This document shows, in pieces, positions 10,406 to 22,344 of a DNA stretch of 64,000 bases (position 1 is its first letter; each line of letters opens with the position of its first letter). The stretch lies in IMG/VR virus record IMGVR_UViG_3300045125_000168, positions 124,001 to 188,000 of that record. One strand, written 5' to 3'. Under the pieces are notes generated by a model that was given only the letters and a program-made list of their open reading frames with translations, was not told the origin of the DNA and did not search any database. Both the position numbers and the translations under genes were made by a program.

Positions 10406-10933
10406 CTAGCGACAATCTTGGCAGCGCACCGATATCCAACCATCACCTTTTACTTTTCCAGGCTTCCCGCAGGCTTCGCAGATTGTCAGGCTTAAGTTTT
10501 CTGCCATAGCAACCGCACCGTACACATAGTCATCTCCACCTGCATAATAAAAGCAAAGAGCCCCAAATTTTTCTTTGACCTGAGAGGCCACCACTTGTGG
10601 GATCTCTTCGGGGATATCAACTTTTCTATCGATGTTGCTTTTTTCGGCTTCAATAAATTCTGGGGAAAAGCCTTTGAAATATTCTAAGAATTTTTCCCAA
10701 TACCCGGCCTTGGCCTCATTATAGATCGCTTGACGTTGAAGCCGACTCTCTCGCTGTTTTACCGAGTGGTCAATGTGCCCTTGAATGGTTGCACACAAGC
10801 GGTCGATGAGATCAAACCAGCCATCTCCGCACTCAAAGCCCCAGCACATGGCTGTTGTGCGCATATCACCATAACGATCGGCAAATATTTTCGGGTAGCG
10901 GTCACAGAGAAGTTTGTCTTTATCAGGGCTCAT
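10406..10933 (-). CDS. Conserved phage hypothetical protein
   Basis: CGDGWFDLI...QVKEKFG.L.FY...CEACG pattern, common in phages. Confidence 0.75.
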   Translation of the reverse strand: MSPDKDKLLCDRYPKIFADRYGDMRTTAMCWGFECGDGWFDLIDRLCATIQGHIDHSVKQRESRLQRQAIYNEAKAGYWEKFLEYFKGFSPEFIEAEKSNIDRKVDIPEEIPQVVASQVKEKFGALCFYYAGGDDYVYGAVAMAENLSLTICEACGKPGKVKGDGWISVRCQDCR

Positions 10934-11002
10934 AATTTTTCACCGATTGCTTTTAGCTTTGACATTGATAGACTCTAAGGAAATCTTCAAGGAGTATTTC
11001 TA

Positions 11003-12353
11003 ATGCTAAAGACCGCTTTTGCGGCCCTCGTGGGCCTGTCGTCTTCTGTTGCCCTTGGAGCAACGGTGGCTATCATCGATAGTGGGGTGGATGTGGACCA
11101 TGCAGATCTCAAAAAGTCTGTGTGGGTGAATCCCATCGATGGCTCTTTTGATTTGTTCGATGACGATGGCAACGGCAAGACCGATGACGTGTATGGATGG
11201 AATTTCCTCGATAACAACAATGTCCTGATCGACCTGACTCAGACCTCGCTGCTCACGTCTGACATCAAAACATTTTTTACCTTGCAGGGTAAAGTTTTGA
11301 CGGGAACGGCGACGGAAGAGCAGAAAACATGGTTGAAGAAAAAGATTTCTGACTCTTCGTTCCGAAGCCGCATCACCCAGTACGGGGCTTTTGCCCACGG
11401 GACTCATGTAGCAGGCATCGCCTCCGAGTTTGAAGGCAACAAGGTCTTCACCATTCGATTGATTCCCACCAAAATCCTTTGCAAGGCTTGCTGGATAAAG
11501 TCGGCAAAGCCTCGCAAGAGGGTAAGGACCCGAACTGGATTTTGAAAAATATCGTCAAGGGTGGTCTTTTTCTCTTTGCGCAAGTCCAAGGGCAGGTGTT
11601 CAATCCGATCGGCACATATCTCGCAGAAAAAGAGATCGATGTGGCCAACGGGTCTTTCGGTATGGGTGTACCCCAGGCTCGGATGCTCGTGTATCCGATT
11701 CTAAGACTCCTGGCAGGCAACAAAGAGCCGCGTGAAAAAACCGTTGATGAGCTTGCAGTCTTTTTGACCACGCAGGTTGCTAACGCGCAATCCGGTTTGG
11801 TTCGCAACTCTCCCAACACCCTGTTCGTTTTCGCCGCAGGCAACGATGGGTCCAGCAACGATGAGTTTCCCGTGGCTCCCGCGAATATCAAACTACCGAA
11901 CAGCATGTCGGTCGCGGCAACCACCCCGACAGGTGCGCTTGCGGTGTTTTCTAACTACGGCAGCACGGTGGACATCGCCGCTCCCGGTGTGGCGATTGAG
12001 TCCACCACCCCTCGGGGTCCGAAGCTCCCGCTCTCGGGCACCAGCCAAGCGGCACCTAAAGTCGCAGCCGTGGCAGGGGCTCTTAAAACTTTGAACCCAG
12101 GTCTGACACCTGCCGAGATCAAAGACATCCTGATGGGCACTGCGGACAAAAAGAGGCTCTCGAAGGCAAAGTCGCCTCTGGTCTTCTCAACGCCTCTCGG
12201 GCGCTTCTTGCCGCAAAGCTGAGTAAGGAAGTCGCGGTGGGGGCTGCGATTCAGCAGGCGCGAGATGCCGTGCAAGACGGATACATTCCTTATCTCAATG
12301 ACTACAATACGGGTGAGGGATTCATCAACGTCATGCCAAACCTTGTGTTCTAA
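11003..12353 (+). CDS. Secreted subtilisin-like S8 protease (frameshifted)
   Basis: Signal peptide; triad motifs IIDSGVD, HGTHVAG and SGTSQAAP; oxyanion AAGN. Confidence 0.9.
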
Positions 12354-12476
12354 GACTCGTGCGATTAGTCTTTCCTCTGTAGTTCCTTTATTCATGACTT
12401 TGGAAAGCCCTTGGATCACCGAGGGCTTTCTTTTCTCCGAGCCACAAAGATTTTCTGGCAGGTCTTGGAGGATGAC

Positions 12477-13246
12477 ATGGATTTTCAAAGAAAAGTTGAA
12501 GCTAAATACCGCATCGTCGCTGCCGATCTTTTGGTTTTTGTCTACGAGACCTTGATGGATAGCGACCTTTGGCAGTTGGTGGTCAAAAAGCTAGGCGATA
12601 AAGCGGGCACTCCCGATAAAATCCTCGGCTACCGCGAGATCAGCGTCGAAACAAACGACGGACCTGACTACCACACGTTAGTCAAAGATCCTGACGAGGA
12701 CGTGGAAGGCTTGGTCTACAGGATCAAACCAGAAGGTTTGGAAAAAGCTCGACCTCTGGGAAAGCCAGTATGAAAGAAAACTTTTATTTTACAAAGTGGC
12801 CGCAAAGCCTATGTCTACGTTTTGAAATCCGAGTCTTTAAAAGATTACGGCAAAAACACCTCTTATCAGGCAAAGCCCGAAGAGCTAGAAGAAGCCGAAA
12901 AATACACGTCGCTGGGCTTTCCTCTAACACCCATGCCGATCGTCAAGCATGTGCTTGACGCCGTGAAAAAAGGCTGAAGACGGGCAAGCATGAGGTCGAT
13001 AACGAGAAGCTCAATAAGTACCTGAAAAAGGAAACACATGGCGATCTGATGGATTTCGCTCGCTCGGCCATCAAATATTTCAAAGAGGGCAAGCTCGACT
13101 GGGAAGAGGGTCTAGGTCTTTTGCAAGAGGAGTATGCCCCCAAAGGACTGGACATCATCCCCTGGTCGTTCCTTAAACGAGAGCTTCAATTCGCAGGACC
13201 GAGCATAGAAAAAAGACTACCTAGAGCTTTAGTGGAGAAGTTTTAA
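12477..13246 (+). CDS. Leader-bearing gamma-glutamylcyclotransferase (GGCT/AIG2)-like protein (frameshifted)
   Basis: MDFQRKVEAKYRIVAA, then LVFVYETLM, VEGLVY, LDLWESQYER and KAYVYV after a frame switch. Confidence 0.65.
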
Positions 13247-14139
13247 TGGGATTTTTTGACGCTTTGAAATTGAAGTATGGCGTAGAAGGTGGCGTGAACG
13301 ACAAGGACTATCCTTACTACCGGGTCAGCGACAATCCAGCAAACCCTTCAGCGACTGAGGATAATAAACGTCATGATCCTTACGGGGTCTACCTTTTTAT
13401 CAAAAAACAATATGTCGATATCGAGGATTGGGGCGGCAAACGATATCGGTGGGATGCAAAGCTGAAGCCTGGGCTGAAACTACTTAATTTTGCAAAAATG
13501 CCAAAGTCTGTCGGATTCGCTATTCTCAAAGCCGCTGGTTTCAAGACCATGACGGAGATTTGGAATCTACATGCGCTTAAGCAAGGAAGTCGTTATGACA
13601 TTCCCAAAGAAGAAGTGTCCCATTTTTTCTATCCTCTCAACCCCAGTGAAGATAATCCCAGCGAAGAACAGTTACAAAAAATAGCAAATAAAAACATCTC
13701 AAATAATCCGAATGTCTATAGGATTATTCGTCTCGTCTATCCGACTAAAATAAAGACTAATCGTAACTTTTCAAAGATTTTTCAACGTCTGGGTTACGAC
13801 GGTATATTGGATTTGGATGGGGCTATGATGACCCTAGAGCCACAGTTAATTGTGTTCAATCCCAAGAATGTCATTTGGCATCAAAGAGAAGAAAACGTCA
13901 TAGATGGAAAGATATATCGACTACCTTTCTCTGAATATAGCCTAGCAAATATATTCATTCGGCAGGGCATAAAAGAGTCGCGAGTCAAAAAAGCGATCAA
14001 AAATTTTATGAGTTTTAACCGTTATTTAGACGATGATGACCCCCAAAAGGATGTTGAGTTTTGGGAAAAGAAAAAATTTGAAGACTTTGAGACTTTCATC
14101 GAAAAAAATATGCACCTGACCAAGAAACAGGTCAGCTAA
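13246..14139 (+). CDS. Leader-bearing ADP-ribosyltransferase-like (ART-PolyVal-like) protein
   Basis: MGFFDALKLKYGVEG; YYR...PYGVYLF...LGYDGI...QLIVFNP. Confidence 0.55.
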   Translation: MGFFDALKLKYGVEGGVNDKDYPYYRVSDNPANPSATEDNKRHDPYGVYLFIKKQYVDIEDWGGKRYRWDAKLKPGLKLLNFAKMPKSVGFAILKAAGFKTMTEIWNLHALKQGSRYDIPKEEVSHFFYPLNPSEDNPSEEQLQKIANKNISNNPNVYRIIRLVYPTKIKTNRNFSKIFQRLGYDGILDLDGAMMTLEPQLIVFNPKNVIWHQREENVIDGKIYRLPFSEYSLANIFIRQGIKESRVKKAIKNFMSFNRYLDDDDPQKDVEFWEKKKFEDFETFIEKNMHLTKKQVS

Positions 14140-14172
14140 GGAAAAGCGGCCAAAACCAAACGGGGAATCATC

Positions 14173-14535
14173 ATGAGCTTCCTATTTAAAGTGCAAAGTC
14201 GCTACCAATTAACGGCAAAATCCATGAAGTTAAAGGGTGTTAAATTAAGTCATTCTTGGAAAAAAATCACAATGAATTATGGATTTATGCCAAGTACAAC
14301 GGGAAGACCATAGGTTCTTTGTTTGTAGAGTCAGATTTCGACGAAATGCGACCTACACACGTAGAAGTGGAAAAAATATAGGCGCAAAGGTATTGCGACC
14401 GCTATGTATGTGTACGCTGAAAAAATAACAGGCGGCAAATTCACTTACCCTGAGGAAGAAGGCCCTTGGGCAGATTCTGTTAGTGAGGAAGCTATAAAAC
14501 TATGGAACCAACCTAATAGACCTTTCGGGAACTAA
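14173..14535 (+). CDS. Leader-bearing GNAT acetyltransferase (frameshifted, absent from ORF track)
   Basis: MSFLFKVQSRYQLTA; RRKGIATAMYVYAEK acetyl-CoA motif; SEEAIKLW. Confidence 0.65.
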
Positions 14536-14556
14536 TAGATCATCCCCCAAGCCCCT

Positions 14557-15051
14557 TTGAGTCTAGTGTATCAGTCAAAAAGCCTAGAGACGACGTTAGT
14601 CAAAATAAGAGATAAAACGGTGCAGGAAAAACCATGGTATCTCTATCTTTTGTATCATAGCGTCTCTAACCTAACTTATGTGGGCATTACAACAGAGGTT
14701 GCAAGAAGACTAAGGCAACATCGGCAAGAAATTCGTGGTGGTGCAAGGTACACAAAAAGAGTGCAAGACAGATTTCCAGGATCACCACCATGGGATCTGG
14801 TCGTAGCTCTCGGCCCCTTTCAGAATCGCAGCGAAGCCACGCGCTGGGAGCGGCTTGTCAAAATGCGCTGCCGAGGCATTACCGCGAGGCGAGAGGCGAT
14901 GCTTTCCCTATCTCTGGAGCAACATCCACGGCAGTTCACGGCAAAGCAAAAAGAAAAATTTCCAGTACCCAATGGTCTCAGTATCTTAGAAAAAAGAAGC
15001 CCTGAGAGTGCGAACTCCCAGGGTCTTTCTTTTCTGCGGATCGCAAATTAG
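14557..15051 (+). CDS. GIY-YIG nuclease (Slx1/YhbQ-like)
   Basis: WYLYLL...TYVGIT...RRLRQH...GGARYT...RSEATRWE; likely GTG start near 14619. Confidence 0.85.
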   Translation: MSLVYQSKSLETTLVKIRDKTVQEKPWYLYLLYHSVSNLTYVGITTEVARRLRQHRQEIRGGARYTKRVQDRFPGSPPWDLVVALGPFQNRSEATRWERLVKMRCRGITARREAMLSLSLEQHPRQFTAKQKEKFPVPNGLSILEKRSPESANSQGLSFLRIAN

Positions 15052-15911
15052 AGACGCGGCTTAAACCAGCAGGTGGGTCTTAGGCCAACATCAAACTGAC
15101 GGGACTTGGTGCAGTGGTGCATGGACGACGCTTCCTCATCTTTGAGGCTGTTGCCGTTGCCAGGGATGACGCTGGGGTCAAACTCCGAAAGACACACCGC
15201 TCCTGACATGTAAGTGTCGAGGCGACACTGCGCCTTGGGATGATTGTTATTCGTGCGACGGACCACACTCGTATCCGGTGTTTTCCAGTCAGGTTTCAGA
15301 TCCTGCAACTCGCCAAGGAGGGTGGCAAGGCTCTTGCCTGCCATCGCAATCCTGTAGCAGAGATTTTGAGCGTCTTCGGTTTTATAGATAGCATCGCACT
15401 CTTTTTTCGGCTCAGGGTCCACGGACTCTCTGGCCTTGGCATTCACATCAAACTCATTCTTCCAAAGAGTTGGTGCGCACTTGTGGGTGGCGAAGAAATC
15501 CGATTGGCCTTCGTTCGCAGCCCAAGACGAGTAAGGAAAGCCTGCAAGGTGATGGCCAAGTTCATGGCAGATCACCAAAGTAAAACCATCCTCAGTCACT
15601 TCAGGACGACGAGCAAGCCCACCGTACATGTTGACTTCCCAATCATTACCAGACTGGTACGCGCTTGCGTTGACTGTACTATCGGACCAAAGACGGTTAA
15701 AGTTTAAGTAGGCTCCATGGGCTTTAATAATAGGGCTGTACACCTTCTCTGCTTTGTCAATAAGCTGGTTAAAGTCTTTTTCAGACATTTTCTCCGATTC
15801 GCATTCAAGACAGTCTTGCAAGAAAAGGCTGTTTTGAGGAAGAATTTGAGAAAACCCAGAGGCAGAGAAACCGACGATACCGAGTAGCACCAACGCGCAC
15901 TGGCGAATCAT
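15048..15911 (-). CDS. Secreted HExxH zinc metallopeptidase (M48-like), Cys-rich
   Basis: Signal peptide; NASA...YGGLAR...VICHELGH; NEGQSD. Confidence 0.8.
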   Translation of the reverse strand: MIRQCALVLLGIVGFSASGFSQILPQNSLFLQDCLECESEKMSEKDFNQLIDKAEKVYSPIIKAHGAYLNFNRLWSDSTVNASAYQSGNDWEVNMYGGLARRPEVTEDGFTLVICHELGHHLAGFPYSSWAANEGQSDFFATHKCAPTLWKNEFDVNAKARESVDPEPKKECDAIYKTEDAQNLCYRIAMAGKSLATLLGELQDLKPDWKTPDTSVVRRTNNNHPKAQCRLDTYMSGAVCLSEFDPSVIPGNGNSLKDEEASSMHHCTKSRQFDVGLRPTCWFKPRL

Positions 15912-15979
15912 GGCGGACCTCCCTATTTGGACATGTACATTTAATCTTGGCCGCTTGGTCAATTAAAGGGAAGCACAAT

Positions 15980-16846
15980 ATGCGGAAGGGAATTATTCTA
16001 GCAGGCGGTTCAGGAACACGGCTTCATCCTGTGACCTTGGCGGTGAGCAAACAGCTTCTGCCTGTCTTTGATAAGCCGATGATCTATTACCCTCTGTCTG
16101 TGCTGATGCTCGCAGGTATTCGCGAGATTTGTGTGGTTTCAACGCCTGAGGATCGTGCGGCCTTTCAACGGCTCTTAGGCGACGGCTCGCAGTGGGGTAT
16201 TTCTCTGACATACTTGGTCCAACCAAAACCCGAAGGACTTGCCCAAGCGTTTTTGATTGCGGAAGAGTTTATCGCGGGGCAACCGTCTTGCTTGATTCTG
16301 GGTGATAACCTTTACTTCGGCCATGGCTTAACCAAAGTTCTTAAAAAGACCAACGCTCGGCTAGAAGGGGCCACGGTCTTCGGCTATCTTGTCAAAGACC
16401 CCGAACGCTATGGTGTCGTGGAGTTCGACCGCGAAGGACGAGTGGTGAGCCTTGAAGAAAAACCAGCGCAACCCAAATCCCCGTATGCCGTTACGGGGCT
16501 TTATTTTTACGATGCTCATGCCGTGGAGTACGCCAAGACGTTGAAACCTTCGCCTCGTGGTGAACTGGAGATCACCGATCTCAATCGCATCTACTTAGAA
16601 AAGGGTACTTTGAACGTCGAGACTCTCGGGCGTGGTTATGCATGGCTGGACACAGGCACTCATGAGTCTCTGCTCGAAGCCTCAAATTTTGTCCAAGCCG
16701 TGGAACAGCGGCAGGGATTGAAGATCGCTTGCCCCGAAGAGATCGCCTTTCACCAGGGGTGGATTTCTAAGGAAGCCTTGGACCATGCTGCCGAAAAACT
16801 CAAAAAGAGCACCTATGGGGCTTATCTCAAAAATATGATTATATAG
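15980..16846 (+). CDS. rmlA: Glucose-1-phosphate thymidylyltransferase
   Basis: [42 protein letters not shown]. Confidence 0.97.
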   Translation: MRKGIILAGGSGTRLHPVTLAVSKQLLPVFDKPMIYYPLSVLMLAGIREICVVSTPEDRAAFQRLLGDGSQWGISLTYLVQPKPEGLAQAFLIAEEFIAGQPSCLILGDNLYFGHGLTKVLKKTNARLEGATVFGYLVKDPERYGVVEFDREGRVVSLEEKPAQPKSPYAVTGLYFYDAHAVEYAKTLKPSPRGELEITDLNRIYLEKGTLNVETLGRGYAWLDTGTHESLLEASNFVQAVEQRQGLKIACPEEIAFHQGWISKEALDHAAEKLKKSTYGAYLKNMII

Positions 16847-16908
16847 TTGATATTATGGAATTTTTCAGATCGCTATTGGCTTGGGCAGGCTCCTGAGCTA
16901 GAAGCTGA

Positions 16909-17904
16909 TTGACGCTGATTGATGCGTCAATCACTCCCAATCAAGAGATCCCCAAGATGCGATTTGGAAGGGTTTTGCACCCTGAGATAGTGTTAGGCAA
17001 GCGTGGCCGAAAAGAGGAAATTGAGTTCATCCAAAAGGCCCTGTCGATAACAGAGATCGACCCAAGAGGTGGCCTAACCTGGGAAGGCGACCGTGATGAT
17101 CTTTTAGCCGTTCTGATCGGAAGTGCTTTAGAGCAAGATCAGGTTTTCGTGCGGTGGGTGACAAGCTGCAAAAGGTTTGTGCAAACTAAAAACGCTCCGA
17201 CCTATCATGTGGGTCAAGAATTTTTGCAGGCGCTTCAAAAAGTAGACATTAAAGTGCCGATGGATATCATCCCCGAGACGTTTTGTGCTTATTTTTCGTT
17301 TGCCAGCAAAACAGTCTTCGATGAAGCAGATGAGATCGAAGGTGGCTATGTCTGTGTGGGGCGAGGACGAAACCTTGGAATGGATGCGAAATATGCCGAT
17401 CTTCGCATCATCACTTTTGCCTATAACTGCAAAGCCACCCAAGATAGTCCGTTCCCACCTGTCGGTAGCCTCACGGTTCCTCTCGATGTCAAGACGATAG
17501 ATGAATTGGCAAGTGGCGCACCTCTTCAAGACTATTTCGTCACGCAATCCGTCAAGCCCTCACAAGAGGCCAACGCCAAGCGCAACGAAGTCTTCCGCAC
17601 TCTTCTAAATTGTCTGATTTACATCCATTCAGAAGAGCCGATTATTGAAAGATCTGTGCCTCTGGCGGATTCAAATAAGACCATCAAAGAGCACAAGAAG
17701 CTCGGGCATATTATCAACGCCTGCACGATCCCAGTGAATTTCCTTTGGCCCAACTACCAAAAGGCGAGACGCTACAAAGTCGATTCCACTTGGATAGACA
17801 GTTTCCCTCGGTGGCAAAGGTGCGGCCCAGGGCTTACCAGCGTTAAATTAGTTTTTGTACGAGGGCACGAACGAAATTTCAATACTGACTCCTTAGGTTG
17901 TTAA
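16909..17904 (+). CDS. Conserved phage hypothetical protein
   Basis: 331-aa ORF; C-terminal RWQRCGPG...FVRGH. Confidence 0.6.
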   Translation: MTLIDASITPNQEIPKMRFGRVLHPEIVLGKRGRKEEIEFIQKALSITEIDPRGGLTWEGDRDDLLAVLIGSALEQDQVFVRWVTSCKRFVQTKNAPTYHVGQEFLQALQKVDIKVPMDIIPETFCAYFSFASKTVFDEADEIEGGYVCVGRGRNLGMDAKYADLRIITFAYNCKATQDSPFPPVGSLTVPLDVKTIDELASGAPLQDYFVTQSVKPSQEANAKRNEVFRTLLNCLIYIHSEEPIIERSVPLADSNKTIKEHKKLGHIINACTIPVNFLWPNYQKARRYKVDSTWIDSFPRWQRCGPGLTSVKLVFVRGHERNFNTDSLGC

Positions 17905-18026
17905 ACATGCACAATAATTTAGAAGATGTAAAAACAGAGAATCTGAGATAAATTGCAGAAAGGCTAGAGCCTAAGTTCAACGAAAATAAAAGGTCTGAAG
18001 AAGAAGAAATTTTAGAAAAAAAGGTT

Positions 18027-18512
18027 TTGTCTTTATTAGGGAACACGATGTCTTTGCGGGATATTGCCGCAAAACTTGCTATGACCTATTATCAAGTGCA
18101 AAAGATATCTTCGGCAGCGTGGATGATCGTGGTGACTCACTACCGCACCATTTCCCTTGGAGGTTATGATTTTCAAGTGCGAATGTTGCCGATGGCCGTG
18201 GCCTTGCACAGAATGAACAAGGAAATCGCAGCTTATCATATCCAAAGTGGACGAGACCTGATTCATGCGGTGGAGCTTCGCGTCGGAAATTCTGCGTGGC
18301 TCGATTTTGATCCCGTGCGTCTTGAAGGTATACGGGCAGAACAAATCGAATATTTCTATAACAAGCTCGTGCTCCCGGACTTTGCTAAGTCCGTGGCGAT
18401 GAACTTGGACTTCGCGTTGACGATGAAGACCTTTGAAATGTTTGTCGTCTTTTTCAAGAAGCCCGACGCTATTATGGAGAACGTGGGGACGAGTTCGCTT
18501 GGACCTCTTTGA
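18027..18512 (+). CDS. Hypothetical protein
   Basis: 161-aa ORF. Confidence 0.5.
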   Translation: MSLLGNTMSLRDIAAKLAMTYYQVQKISSAAWMIVVTHYRTISLGGYDFQVRMLPMAVALHRMNKEIAAYHIQSGRDLIHAVELRVGNSAWLDFDPVRLEGIRAEQIEYFYNKLVLPDFAKSVAMNLDFALTMKTFEMFVVFFKKPDAIMENVGTSSLGPL

Positions 18513-18601
18513 AGGAGCGCATCGAACGTCACCCACGAGGACAAGAACTCCTTGCCCGTGTCGAGAATCCTAGCTAACGTCCTACCACAAAATTAGAATG
18601 T

Positions 18602-19284
18602 GTGGGGCAATTTGTGAGCTTGGCTGTTCTCGAACGTAACAAGAGATTTTGGCTCTTGGGTGAGATGCAGTCGTTCGATAAGGGCTGGGTTCAGACGACT
18701 TTGATCGAGGACATGGTGTTTCACGACCCCATTTTGTCGATCAAAGGCCAGAGCTTCCAGTTTGACTTTCACATCGAAATCTCGAAAGTCATCGAAGGTC
18801 CCGATAAAGCCTGGGTGTATCTCCAATCCCACAGGCACATTTTGCGGATCAGACCGCCTCGTGAGCATGAATGGATGATGGCTCCCTTCCTTCCCTCTGC
18901 CAAGAGAAAGGTCATTCTACGACGCGGAACGCCCTTTTCGGTTCGCTCTTCGAGCCGCAAGTCTGGCAGCGACCCTCGCTCCAACTATGCCCCTCTTTGC
19001 AGTAAAGAGCCGCAACCAAGGCAGGGTCTTTTTAATTTGCGGCCTGTCCGGGAACCAAGTGGTAGCAGGGCTATCCTGAAGAGCCTCCTCTTTTGCAAAC
19101 GTCTTATAATGTCCGTGTTCCGAGCCATCCGTTTTTTAGGATCATCCAACACGAGTCACCCCCTGGTTTTTCCGAGAAAAAATCTTTTCTGGGGATCAAA
19201 AAAGCCCTTGCGGAAATTCAAAATCTGAGGGACCGTGTGGCGATTTCAAATAGGCTTCTACAATCTTTAGGAATTTTTCAATGA
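18602..19284 (+). CDS. Hypothetical protein (frameshifted)
   Basis: ORFs 18602..19228 and 19093..19284 appear to be one gene. Confidence 0.4.
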
Positions 19285-20354
19285 TCCAGATCCATCAGTG
19301 GACGGATGCGGCTATTGCCGACTTTTTTGCCGACCTCGAAGCTCTCATACAGAAATCTCCGGCACCTAAACCGAGCCTTAAGCTCGTAGATCCGATCCCA
19401 GACTTTGTTTCTAAGTATCTAAAAGGAAAGGGAAAAGGCAATGGTGAGTACAGTAAGGTGGCGCGTCTGCCGTGTACGGTAGAATGTGAAAAAGGCCACC
19501 GCCTCGCCAGTCGCTGGCTCTCTCGGTCGATCATGAAAGCACAAGGCACCGGAACCCCATTCACTCAGGTGCCCTGCCCCGATTGCGAGAAAGCCCATCA
19601 GACGCTCCGCTTACAACAAGTGCAAGACAAATGGGGTGTGAAACTTGCCGCCGCAAATTTGCAAAATGCAGCTAAAATTCAGGAAATCTCACGTTCTGAG
19701 TTTCTCAAGATAGCTGAGTTATTCAATAATGACCTTGATTTCTATAATAATAGCTACACCGTTTTTGGAAGATTTTATCAATTAAAAAATCTCCTAAAAA
19801 AAGAGATGCTACTCCTTGAGATCGTCGAGCGGGGGTTGAGCCTCAAGTTTGTTCCGTTCAAGATCTTACCGTTGAGCATGGCTGAACACTCGAAGCTCTT
19901 TGAGTCCTGGGCTATCAAGCATGTGGAAGATATCGCGCTAGAAGTCTGCCGAGGCCAATTTGAGATGTCTCTTAAATACCGGGAAGAAATCGAGCTACTC
20001 ATCCAAGATACCTCTTACTATGAACTATCCTATTCGCTGTACACCGCAAAAAAAGACACGATCTTTATGTGGGAAGAGCACAAAAGAAAACGTGACATCA
20101 CCTTCAAGCATTCTTTGCGCAAGGCGTTGCAAAACCTTTATGACGGGACATGGCCCAATATTTCAGAATCAGCCAAAAGGATGAGCCAGAGAGAAATCCC
20201 AGATCACTTCTGGCGTCTCGTGAGACTCAAAGAGCACAATCTGACGACGGAACAAATCCTCTCGTGTGACCTTGGCTATTTGGCCTTAGAGATTGATAAT
20301 GTCAACTTTTTTGGTCCAGAAGAGGACGAGGCTTCCAAAGATGTAACACTCTAA
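19281..20354 (+). CDS. Hypothetical protein with Zn-ribbon-like CxxxH...CPDC
   Basis: 357-aa ORF. Confidence 0.55.
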   Translation: MIQIHQWTDAAIADFFADLEALIQKSPAPKPSLKLVDPIPDFVSKYLKGKGKGNGEYSKVARLPCTVECEKGHRLASRWLSRSIMKAQGTGTPFTQVPCPDCEKAHQTLRLQQVQDKWGVKLAAANLQNAAKIQEISRSEFLKIAELFNNDLDFYNNSYTVFGRFYQLKNLLKKEMLLLEIVERGLSLKFVPFKILPLSMAEHSKLFESWAIKHVEDIALEVCRGQFEMSLKYREEIELLIQDTSYYELSYSLYTAKKDTIFMWEEHKRKRDITFKHSLRKALQNLYDGTWPNISESAKRMSQREIPDHFWRLVRLKEHNLTTEQILSCDLGYLALEIDNVNFFGPEEDEASKDVTL

Positions 20355-20710
20355 CTATCATGTTGTTTTTTGACCTCTGATGAAAACACAATAGGTGCAA
20401 GCTAGGGCTTTTAGCCTCGCCCTAAGAGGTCGAAGAGGGTAAACTTCTGACTCCCCATCAAGAACAGGAGCAGACCGATGTGCCCACATGACATCGCACA
20501 ACGTATCAAAGAACTGGTCCTAGCCGAGCAAGGCGAATCAGGCCAAGCTCCTTCCAGTCTTTTTTAGACCAAAAAGAGTTTGAGGTGATGGCTCAGGCTC
20601 TACGCTTGCCGAAAAGCACCCCTTGTATCCGGTGGCCGCTAGAAAATAAGGCCACCGTTGTACTGTACAAAAGAGGCTCCTGAGGATGCGGAACAAACCA
20701 GCCTCGCACA

Positions 20711-22059
20711 TCACCGAAGATTCTCGCCGGAAGCCCCTGGCTTTAGCCATGGGGAGGAAGGCGAGCCTTTCAAATACCTATAGTTATAGCCATCTTTTCT
20801 TTGTGAGACTCTAAAGTACCTATGAGATATTCCTTGTACTCGTCCCTGTCCCGTCGAAATATCAAAAGAACCAGTAGCTCGACAAAGTACCCTTCCTTTG
20901 TGTCTTCCAGCCTTTTTTCCCGAGGGAACTACAGCAATGACCATATCCCCAGTCTCAAAACCAAAGTGCTTTTTCATTGCGGAGCGATGCCTTACTGGGA
21001 AACCATATTTGTTCGTACCACAGAATTGGCGACTCCCGTGACCCGTTGATTTAATCTCAAGAACGTGCATCTCGGGATTGAGCCTAACCTCCGATCCGCT
21101 ACTACCCACACAGGCTGCGTCAATCCAGTGATCTTTTGGGTACTCATTTTTAATCCGATTGAACTTGGTCTGTGCTCCTGTTCCTGTTGAAACAACTAAA
21201 GAAACTTTCTGGAGCCCATTCAAGAGTGCATTTCGTGTTGCATTAACCGCTGCGGTTGAAGCTAGGGATCTTTTAGCCTGAGATAGTATTTTTTCAAGAA
21301 TTTCTGGTTTTTTTGAGAGGAAATCTGCGACAGACTTTGTGCCTTTCGCCTCATTACAAGGACGACAGGAAAGAGTCAGATTGGAAACTCTGTTAGAACC
21401 ACCCTTAGACTTTGGTTTAATATGCTCAACCTCTAAAGGTACATTCTCTGCTTCGCAGTAAACACACCTGCGCCCCCACTTTTCCAATAAATATTCTCGA
21501 ACCTCATATCCTTGAAGAGCCCCTTGTTGATACTCAACCCCTGATACTTCGGGATTCTCCATTTTTTGTGTGTCAAATTTAACTCTCTCAAGAGCTAAGG
21601 ATGCAATAGGAGAAAACTTAGAAAGTCGAGTAACCCAGGTCAGGGTAGTTTGTAGTCGGTGGTCAAGCGAGGGTGGTAGCCAACCTGTAGCCTTTGGACG
21701 ATTGTCAAACCTTGCTTTTCGATACCGTGTTTTTCTGTTTCTCCTCGACCTTCGAAGCTGTCTTCTTGAAAGAAGGCTACCTTTGATTTCTTGCCCCCTA
21801 TGAACAAGGTTCATTGCAAAAGAACTCTGTTCTGCCTCTTATGAATAAGAACCATTCCTGTTGTCTTAGCACCTGGATCAATTTTAGCTTCAAACGGAGC
21901 AGGCTTTCCTGCCTCCGTCCTCTTTAGAATGATAGTAAAGGGAAATTTTCGCAGGATTGCTGCTTTGCCATTTTTCAAAAGTTGTCTGGCACGAGCAGGA
22001 GTACACGGTGTTAAAGGCTTCCGATTAGTATCAAGAACAAAAACACAATTCTGTCTCAA
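20711..22059 (-). CDS. iscB: RNA-guided endonuclease IscB (one frameshift near 21815)
   Basis: PLMP-like KPLTPCTPARAR, RuvC-I IDPG, RRXRR helix, HNH EHIKPKSKGGSN..SNL, RuvC-III HWIDA. Confidence 0.93.
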
Positions 22060-22324
22060 ACCCTTAGAGGGTGCAGCTTTGACGCTGCCTCGCTGTTCTT
22101 TCGAACAGGTGATGTTTGCCTCGCAAATGTCTGAAGAACTTTTGCACAAAAAGGTCCGTCGTATCCCCAAATACGGCAGTGTCCTCTTTTGCAATAGAGC
22201 CAGGAACTGGCAAGCATTCCTGGGTATTATGATTCTTCAAACGTAGTCTCCTTTCAAAGACTAATGCTGGTCATGAACTGGGACTCTTTGACAAGCCCCC
22301 GGCTTTAGCCGTGGGGTTCATGAC
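20711..22324 (-). mobile_element. IS200/IS605-family IscB (OMEGA) element; no tnpA in the window
   Basis: Matching terminal hairpins CCCCACGGCTAAAGCCGGGGG (~22296-22316) and CCCCATGGCTAAAGCCAGGGG (20734-20754) flank the omegaRNA and iscB. Confidence 0.9.
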
Positions 22325-22344
22325 CTGCGAAGAATAGTTTTTGA
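22060..22344 (-). ncRNA. omegaRNA (HEARO-type) scaffold plus 5' guide
   Basis: ~260-nt structured leader GTCA...GACCAGC...GACTACGTT...CCAG...GCTCT...ACATTTGCGAGGCAAAC upstream of iscB. Confidence 0.8.

Noticed and set aside
12770-12958. Apparent leader-like FYKVAAK sequence
   Set aside because: In the correct frame it reads LFILQSGRKAYVYV, the C-terminal part of the GGCT domain.
20711-22324. CRISPR-Cas9 locus or IStron
   Set aside because: The protein is IscB-sized, with no array, and I could not identify a group I intron core.
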